Shown here: positions 57,808 to 64,000 of the stretch, in pieces
How positions within the stretch are numbered: the stretch's first letter is position 1
How the letters are laid out: each line of letters begins with the position of its first letter
Notes under the pieces: generated by a model
Databases searched by the model: none
Told to the model about the DNA's origin: nothing
Seen by the model: the letters and a program-made list of their open reading frames with translations, nothing else
Origin: Armatimonadota bacterium
Lineage (GTDB): Bacteria > Armatimonadota > Zipacnadia > Zipacnadales > UBA11051
Length of the DNA stretch: 64,000 nucleotides
Direction of reading: 5' to 3'
NCBI GenBank assembly: GCA_013178155.1
Contig: JABLXH010000009.1
Span: 8,548-72,547 of the forward strand
Translations under genes and position numbers: made by a program

Positions 57808-58884
57808 ATGGCAGGCGCAACACCCGAGGTCAGCATCTGCACCTGGCCCTTCGACGCACCGTTTGCCTACTCCATGACCTATGATGAAGGCACTGTGGAC
57901 TGTCTGGCCAACGCCCTGCCCGTGCACGAGCAGTTCGGCTTTCCGGGGCATGTGGACGTGGTGGCGGGACAGCTCGGCCGCCGGCGCCAGGGATGGGGGA
58001 GCTCGCTGAACGACTACGTCCACATGAGCGCCGAGGAGCTCCGGTTCCTGCTGGGCAAGGGCTGGGGGGTAGGCAACCACTCCTGGTCCCACTACATCTA
58101 CCCGACGCAGGCGGGGCTGGACCTGTGGCGGGAAGTGGTGTGGAGCAAGTACACCCTGGAGGACCAGCTCCAGCACCCGGTGCGCATCTTCACCATTCCC
58201 AACGACAAGCACAACTATGAGCCCGTACTGGAACTGGTCAAGCAGCACTACATCGGCTGCGCGTACATTGACGGTGCACCCAACCGCGAGGGCTTCGATC
58301 TCTACAAGATCGGCAACTTCATGGTCGCCTCGGGCGAGATCTCGCCGCACTATGACTGGAAGCGGGAGCTTCTCACCGACAACCTCAGCCTGGAGTTCCT
58401 GCGCGATTCGTGGCTCTATGAGACGTCGCACCTGGTGATGTGGAACGTGCCGCAGGCCCACAAGTGCGTCACGCCCGAGGACCTGACGCGGCGCTTCGCG
58501 CGTTTGCAGGACATATCAGACGGGCGCCTCTGGGCCGCCAGGCCCGACGATGTGCTGGATTACGTGCGCCTGCGGCGGAGCGTCGGTCTCAACGTCATCC
58601 ACGCCACGCCGGAGAAGGTGACCTTCGAGTTCACCGGGGCCTGGCCGATCGGGACCATGGACGCCAGACTCTGCGTCCGGGTCACCGGGTTGCGGCCCGC
58701 GACCGATGTCTCGGTTGAGTACTTGCCCTCGCCCCTGCCCGGCGGCACGCTCTTCGGCCCGGGCGACAGCACGCGTGCCGGCAACAACACCTACTTCATG
58801 CTTGCCGCAGTCCCGGGCGCGCGCGTAACCATTCGCGCCCACGGCGGGGGCGAAGCCGCGGAGGTGACCGATGGCGATGGCTGA
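57808..58884 (+). CDS. Polysaccharide deacetylase family (NodB/CE4-like) protein
   Basis: SMTYDEG (variant of TFDDG) and GNHSWSH metal-binding motif. Confidence 0.75.
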   Translation: MAGATPEVSICTWPFDAPFAYSMTYDEGTVDCLANALPVHEQFGFPGHVDVVAGQLGRRRQGWGSSLNDYVHMSAEELRFLLGKGWGVGNHSWSHYIYPTQAGLDLWREVVWSKYTLEDQLQHPVRIFTIPNDKHNYEPVLELVKQHYIGCAYIDGAPNREGFDLYKIGNFMVASGEISPHYDWKRELLTDNLSLEFLRDSWLYETSHLVMWNVPQAHKCVTPEDLTRRFARLQDISDGRLWAARPDDVLDYVRLRRSVGLNVIHATPEKVTFEFTGAWPIGTMDARLCVRVTGLRPATDVSVEYLPSPLPGGTLFGPGDSTRAGNNTYFMLAAVPGARVTIRAHGGGEAAEVTDGDG

Positions 58885-61800
58885 CCACCCCGCCGCGGGG
58901 ATGCTGACTCTGGCGTTATTGGCCCTGACGGTGACAACCCCGGCGGCCCCGCCGCCAGGGCAGATGCTGCGGCGCGAAGTGGACGGCCGGCTGCCGATAG
59001 TGCGGGCCGGACGAGCCGTCGCCGCCATTGTGGCCCCCGGGGAGCCGGCGATGGCGGAGGTAGCGGTTCAGTTGGCGGCGGATCTGGAGGCACTTACCGG
59101 TGTCACGATACCCGTCATCGCCTCGGCGGAGCTGACCGAAGCCGATGGACGGACAGTGAAGGCCGAGTACCGTGAGCGGCACCTGGTCCTCGTGGGTAAC
59201 GCCCTCAACAATCATGGCATTTTCCCGCTGTACTGCCGCTGGCTCGATGCTGCCGATGGGGCCTATCCGGGCGGTGAGGGGTACGAACTGCGCACCGTCG
59301 TCAATCCCTATGGGACGGGGGCCAACCATCTGATCCTGGGCGCTTCGACGGTCGCAGGGGCGCGGGCCGGGCTGCAGACGCTGCGGGGGCGCTTCGCTGG
59401 CTGGTGGCAGGAGGGCGAACTGGTGCTGCCGCAGATGCTTGAGGTGCTGCCGGGGCCGCAGCTACGACCGGCCTTCGACCAGGCCATTGCGCAGGTCAGA
59501 GCCAACCCGGTGCGTGCCATCGGCGCGGTGCTGACCAACGGTGACCTGGCGGAGTTCGCCAACGACGCCCTGCGCTACGCCTGGACCGGGGAGCGGGCCT
59601 TCGCAGAGCGCGCGGCTGGCATCCTGCGCGAGATGAACCGGCGGTTTGACGGCGAGTACTACCATGGAGACGTCCGCACCTGCGACGACTACGCCCTGGA
59701 GTATGCGGTGGGCGGCTGGCTTGTGCTGCAGCACGCCGGGGTCCTCACGCCTGAAGAGCTCTGGGAGACTGACCGCAACCTGTATCGCGACTTTCCGCTC
59801 AGCGCCCACGGACCGGGCAACGTGAGCTCTCGCCACCTGGCCTCGGGCTCCATGGCGTGGTTCCTGGCCCTGGATGGCCTCCTGACGTACGGCAATCCGG
59901 ATGCGGAGGCCCGCGAGCAACTGGAGCAGTGGCGTGAGGGCGTGCGGGCCTACTTCCACGGCGCGTGCCAGACGTACCGCGGCGATGTGGACCAGGCTCA
60001 GGACTACGGTGCTCTGGAAAACGTGTTCAAGTATGCCCTGCACGACGGCTACTGGGAGTACTTCGAGTCCGGCTGGGCGGACAAGACCATCACCCAGATG
60101 CTGATGAACGTAGACAACCACGGTTGGTACTCTGGCCTGGGTGGCTACGGCGAGTCCATGCCGGGCAGCCTGAACTACCCGGTGGCCATTGGCGTGTGCT
60201 TGCCGATCACGGCCTTCGTCGAGCGGCGCGGCGACCTGCGCTGGATCAAGGAGAATGTCCCGAACCTCGGCATGTCGCACCTGGGCTTTCAGGTCCTGGG
60301 CGTGCACGGCTTCGCGCTGGGCGACCACGTACCAGCGGAGCCGCCGCGGGGGCAGCTCACGGGGCTGACGCTCCTGCCGCTGAGCGAGTACCACTGGCGG
60401 CTCGGGCAATCACCGGTCACCGACGGCGTGGGGCCAGTCACGACCCCGCTGGAGCGTTGTCTGGACAAGCTCATGCTGCGCGCGGGCTTCGGGCCGGATG
60501 ACCAGTACCTGCTGATCAACGGCTACCAGAACACGGTCATGGGCTGCGTGGACGGTAACGCCATCGTGCGCTTCTGCGATCACGGCGAGGTGCTGCTGTT
60601 CCAGAGCACCCAGGAAGAGGGCCACGACACCAAGAACGCCGTCTACGTCAGCAACGGGCGCAACGACGACCGCCTCGAGGGCTGCGTCGAGCTGGGCCCA
60701 ACTGCCGACCTTGGTGAGGTCTGCTTCAGTTCCAGCACCCTGCCGCGCTACCACGGAACGGATTGGGAACGCAACCTCTTCTGGCGCCCCGGTGGCGTGC
60801 TGGTCGTGATGGACCGGGTGACCGTGCAGGAGCCGGGCCGTTACGCGATGGAGGCCGTCTGGCGCTCGCCGCGCTACGCCCGCCTAGCGGACGACGGCTC
60901 CTGGCAGTCGGCCAATGCTGCCGGTATCTTCACAGTGCGCGGCGCCGACCGCCAGCTCGCGGGGCCGGTTGCCGAGGGTCGCGATGGCACGACCTCGGCC
61001 CAGACAACCGATGGGCTGCGGCTCAGCAGCTCGCTAGGCAATGACCGCTTCTCGGCCGAAGTGCCCTGGGTGTTCCGGCAGTCGCGGCGCCTGGACGGCC
61101 GTGCGGGGCAGGTGGTGGATTTCCAGAACGTTTGCTTCCTGACCACCCCGCAGGAGCCCCGGAACTATGACCTACAGCGCCTGGACGACCGGGCGGCGCT
61201 GCTGCGCGACACGGCCCGCGAGCAACCGTCGCTACTGGTGCGGGGGCCCTGGCGACGTGGAGCGGTGGTTCTGGAGGCAGACTTCGCCTGGCTCGGCAGC
61301 GAGGAGCTGTTCGCGGCGGGGGCCCGAAGCCTGACAATCGGCCGGGGACTGAGAATGGGGGCCGGGGCGCCGGTTGATCTCACACTCCGCCGGGCAGGCG
61401 CCTCGCTTGAGGCGGTCGTGCGGGTCGGAGCAGCCACTTCGGTCAGGCTCAGCCTGCCGGGACTGCGCAGCCTGAAGCTCGATGGGCGGGATACGGACGT
61501 AAATGGTGAAACGGCGACACTCGCGCTCGAGCCCGGAGAGCACACTCTGCGCTGCCGGGCCGACGCCGCCCGCGTCTTCGCGGAGGTCCGGGAGCCAGGC
61601 CTCGGCGCAGCCCCGGAGCCGCCCCGGGCCGCCGACGGGCCCCGTCTCCCCTCATTGCCGGACATCAGCCTGCGCTCAGTCTGGACCTACGATGGTCTTC
61701 GGCCGAACGGCCGCCGCGAGCGGCACTTGAGCCTCCAGGCGCGGGCGGACGGCGGCGAGTGGCAGCCGCTGCCCGCCGACCTGCTCTCCGATAGCTTCTT

Positions 61801-63271
61801 CCAGCACACCATCTCACCGGGCATGACCACCACGTGGCAGGCTGACCGCGTGGAGCTGATGGTGCGCCTGCCCCGCGCGGAGACCGTCGTGGGTCTGCGC
61901 CTGCGCCACTACTACGGCACCACCGACTTCGAGGTCAGTCGTCCGGACCCCGGGACGCTGGCCGAAGTCGCGGTCAGCAGCGACGGCTTCGAGCAAGATG
62001 TCCGTGTCCTGCAGCAGCCGGTGCAGCGCCGGTACCACTACATGCGCGGCTGCTACGGCAGCCAGTTCTTCAGCGAGGTCGTGGACTCGGTTGGCGGTGT
62101 TGCCGAGGAGGCGTCCGCCGTCCGCATCACCCTGACCAAGCCCCCCGCCGGTGGCCCGGTGCGGGTGGGGCGGCTGGTGCTCCTGGTCTCCGGGGAAGCT
62201 GACACGACCCCGGTACGGACGAAGGCCATCGCCTGGGGGCCTGACACAGCGCCACACCTTGCGGTCTGGGACCCAGACGCGGGCCGGCTGGCGGTGCTGG
62301 ACGGGGAGGGCCGCCCGGTACTGACCAGAGACCTGTCTGCTGCCATCACCGGCCTGGCCTGCGACGATCTCGATGGCGATGGCGCAAACGAGCTGGTGGT
62401 TACGGCGGCGGACTGGCGGGTCCATCTCCTAAGGCAGGACGGCAGCGAGCGGGTTATCAAGGACTGGCGCGGAGTCTACGAGCAGACCGGTGGCAAGTAC
62501 TACTACGGTGGCACACCGCACGGCGTGGGCGTGCTGACCGTCCCCGGCCAGCGTGAGAAGGAGCTGGCCATCGGCCACTACTACTTCCTCACGCGTCTGG
62601 GCCTTGACGGAACCATCAAGCACACCTATGAAGGGACGGCCTGCTACTGGCAGGACTTTCTGGACTCCGGCGTGGACCTGAGTGGCGATGGCATCCCGGA
62701 GTGGCTGGTGTACTCCGAGACCCCGTGGCAGACGCGTGTCCCGGTGGTCGCGGTGGACAGCACTACCTGCGAACCCCACAGCTCCTTCCCCGCGGGCAAC
62801 GGCGGAGCACGCCTGTTCCAGATGCTGCGCGTCGGGGACGAGGATTGCGTGGCGGTGGGCTCGCACAAGGGCTGTGGCGTCTACTCGCTGACGAAGAGGG
62901 CCTACAAGTGGTACCTGGCCGGGGAAGTCTTCCGAAGCAGCTTCTTCATGACCGACCTGGAGGGCGATGGCCGGCCCGAGATGCTGGTCGGCCAGCGCGA
63001 CGGATTCCTCCTGGTAGTGGACGTGGAGGGCAAGATCGTGCGGCAGGTGGACGTTGGCGAGGAGGTGCTGGCGGTGGGCGCGCTGCCACGTGCGTCAGGC
63101 CTCATGCTGCTGGCCTCGACGCCCTCCGGCACACGGTGCTATGACGCTGCCGGGCGGCCGGCAGGCGCGATGCCTCTCGTGGCCCAGCGCCTCGAACCCG
63201 GCACCCACGAGGGCCGGCCGGCATTGCTTGCCACACACCTGGACGGGCGCATCGAGCTGCTGGTTCCGTGA
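58871..63271 (+). CDS. Very large secreted protein: GH20-domain-2-like + alpha-toroid/heparinase II/III-like + discoidin-like + FG-GAP propeller
   Basis: Signal peptide; HLVLVGNALNN; DKLMLRAGF...YLLING...DGNAI; WERNLFW; FG-GAP-like DLDGDGANELVV, DLSGDGIPEWLV and DLEGDGRPEMLV. Confidence 0.65.
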   Translation: MAMADHPAAGMLTLALLALTVTTPAAPPPGQMLRREVDGRLPIVRAGRAVAAIVAPGEPAMAEVAVQLAADLEALTGVTIPVIASAELTEADGRTVKAEYRERHLVLVGNALNNHGIFPLYCRWLDAADGAYPGGEGYELRTVVNPYGTGANHLILGASTVAGARAGLQTLRGRFAGWWQEGELVLPQMLEVLPGPQLRPAFDQAIAQVRANPVRAIGAVLTNGDLAEFANDALRYAWTGERAFAERAAGILREMNRRFDGEYYHGDVRTCDDYALEYAVGGWLVLQHAGVLTPEELWETDRNLYRDFPLSAHGPGNVSSRHLASGSMAWFLALDGLLTYGNPDAEAREQLEQWREGVRAYFHGACQTYRGDVDQAQDYGALENVFKYALHDGYWEYFESGWADKTITQMLMNVDNHGWYSGLGGYGESMPGSLNYPVAIGVCLPITAFVERRGDLRWIKENVPNLGMSHLGFQVLGVHGFALGDHVPAEPPRGQLTGLTLLPLSEYHWRLGQSPVTDGVGPVTTPLERCLDKLMLRAGFGPDDQYLLINGYQNTVMGCVDGNAIVRFCDHGEVLLFQSTQEEGHDTKNAVYVSNGRNDDRLEGCVELGPTADLGEVCFSSSTLPRYHGTDWERNLFWRPGGVLVVMDRVTVQEPGRYAMEAVWRSPRYARLADDGSWQSANAAGIFTVRGADRQLAGPVAEGRDGTTSAQTTDGLRLSSSLGNDRFSAEVPWVFRQSRRLDGRAGQVVDFQNVCFLTTPQEPRNYDLQRLDDRAALLRDTAREQPSLLVRGPWRRGAVVLEADFAWLGSEELFAAGARSLTIGRGLRMGAGAPVDLTLRRAGASLEAVVRVGAATSVRLSLPGLRSLKLDGRDTDVNGETATLALEPGEHTLRCRADAARVFAEVREPGLGAAPEPPRAADGPRLPSLPDISLRSVWTYDGLRPNGRRERHLSLQARADGGEWQPLPADLLSDSFFQHTISPGMTTTWQADRVELMVRLPRAETVVGLRLRHYYGTTDFEVSRPDPGTLAEVAVSSDGFEQDVRVLQQPVQRRYHYMRGCYGSQFFSEVVDSVGGVAEEASAVRITLTKPPAGGPVRVGRLVLLVSGEADTTPVRTKAIAWGPDTAPHLAVWDPDAGRLAVLDGEGRPVLTRDLSAAITGLACDDLDGDGANELVVTAADWRVHLLRQDGSERVIKDWRGVYEQTGGKYYYGGTPHGVGVLTVPGQREKELAIGHYYFLTRLGLDGTIKHTYEGTACYWQDFLDSGVDLSGDGIPEWLVYSETPWQTRVPVVAVDSTTCEPHSSFPAGNGGARLFQMLRVGDEDCVAVGSHKGCGVYSLTKRAYKWYLAGEVFRSSFFMTDLEGDGRPEMLVGQRDGFLLVVDVEGKIVRQVDVGEEVLAVGALPRASGLMLLASTPSGTRCYDAAGRPAGAMPLVAQRLEPGTHEGRPALLATHLDGRIELLVP

Positions 63272-63318
63272 CCCACCCGGTCTGGCGCACCAACATGAAC
63301 CCAAGAGGAGATCCCCTG

Positions 63319-64000
63319 ATGCTGCCGTACCTGCCGCTCGTGGTCTGCGTCCTGCTGCTCCTGTGCCTCAGCGCTCCGGCCGCGCCGAATACGGCTGCTG
63401 AGGCCACCCCGACCGTGGACTCGTCGTTTCCCGGGTACGGCCCGGGGGTCCTGACCGACGGAGCCTGCGTCGTTCTCGGCCAGGAGACGACCTTCCACAC
63501 CGGCAGCCCCCACCGCCTGGGCAATGCGGGCAACACGTGGGTTTCGTCGGAGGTGCCCGGTGTCGAGCACTGGGCGCGCCTGGACTGGTCGCAGCCGGTG
63601 ACCGTCAGCCAGGTCACGATCTGGTGGGTGCAGCCCGACTGGTTCCCGCGTGCGTTCCGCGTGGAGTATCTCAGCGATCAGAACTGGGTGGCGGTGAGCG
63701 GGCCGGCGGCCTGGTTCGAGGCGACCGCCCAGTCTAGCACGATCAGCTTCGCCCCGATCACCACCCGTGCGCTACGGGTCCTCCAACACCCCAACGGCGG
63801 ACCCGAGCGGGGCTTCCTGGCCCTCCAGGAAATCGAGGTCAGGCATGAGCCCGGCGCCGCACCCGGCGCGTCCGGAGCGCGCCTGCTATCGGCCCAGGAA
63901 GTGGCCGCGCTCACGCCCGCCGGTCTCGAGCGGAACCTGGCGCGGCTCCATGACAAGCAGCCCGGGGCGTCCGCAGCTCGCGTCTGGATCAGCGGCAGTG
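63319..64000 (+). CDS. Secreted protein with an N-terminal discoidin (F5/8 type C)-like domain (3' partial; absent from the ORF track)
   Basis: RBS GAGGAG, ATG 63319; signal peptide MLPYLPLVVCVLLLLCLSAPA; HWARLDWSQPVTVSQVTIWW...PRAFRVEY...FAPITTRALRV...LQEIEV; frame open to the end of the window. Confidence 0.75.
   Translation, partial: MLPYLPLVVCVLLLLCLSAPAAPNTAAEATPTVDSSFPGYGPGVLTDGACVVLGQETTFHTGSPHRLGNAGNTWVSSEVPGVEHWARLDWSQPVTVSQVTIWWVQPDWFPRAFRVEYLSDQNWVAVSGPAAWFEATAQSSTISFAPITTRALRVLQHPNGGPERGFLALQEIEVRHEPGAAPGASGARLLSAQEVAALTPAGLERNLARLHDKQPGASAARVWISGS

Noticed and set aside
1-64000. CRISPR arrays, tRNA/rRNA genes, transposases/integrases, prophage genes
   Set aside because: No regularly spaced direct repeats, cloverleaf or rRNA-like segments, or DDE/tyrosine/serine recombinase motifs were seen; nearly all sequence is accounted for by protein-coding genes.

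Overview
GC-rich bacterial chromosomal window. The gene content (DUF1559/GspG-like prepilins, very large minor pilins, a DUF6785-type membrane protein, many multi-domain secreted CAZyme-like proteins) suggests an Armatimonadota-like organism; this is inference only. 1-3321: housekeeping run alaS(3' end)-ruvX-mltG-yqeG-aroE. 3350-23447: type IV pilus locus behind a consensus TTGACA-N18-TATAAT promoter: pilB-pilT-pilC-pilD, a 330-nt non-coding gap, then five prepilin-type genes (two GspG/DUF1559-like, plus PilV-, PilW- and PilX-like proteins of about 570-1020 aa) and a ~1790-aa secreted PilY1-position protein. No short major pilin and no pilMNOPQ are visible. Near 23445 the next secreted gene breaks off and the coding signal switches to what looks like the C-terminal tail of an aldo/keto reductase, i.e. 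an apparent deletion or assembly junction. 23616-64000: mostly secreted glycoside hydrolase/lyase-like proteins of uncertain family, sugar oxidoreductases, one candidate permease, an orphan Cys-rich sensor kinase, a thiolase, folC, two GNATs, a cysteine hydrolase and a polysaccharide deacetylase. A GTAG-type REP family, including one REPIN-like doublet, sits in intergenic gaps. No rRNA, tRNA, CRISPR array or transposase was seen. All family assignments come from motif recognition by eye, not from database searches.
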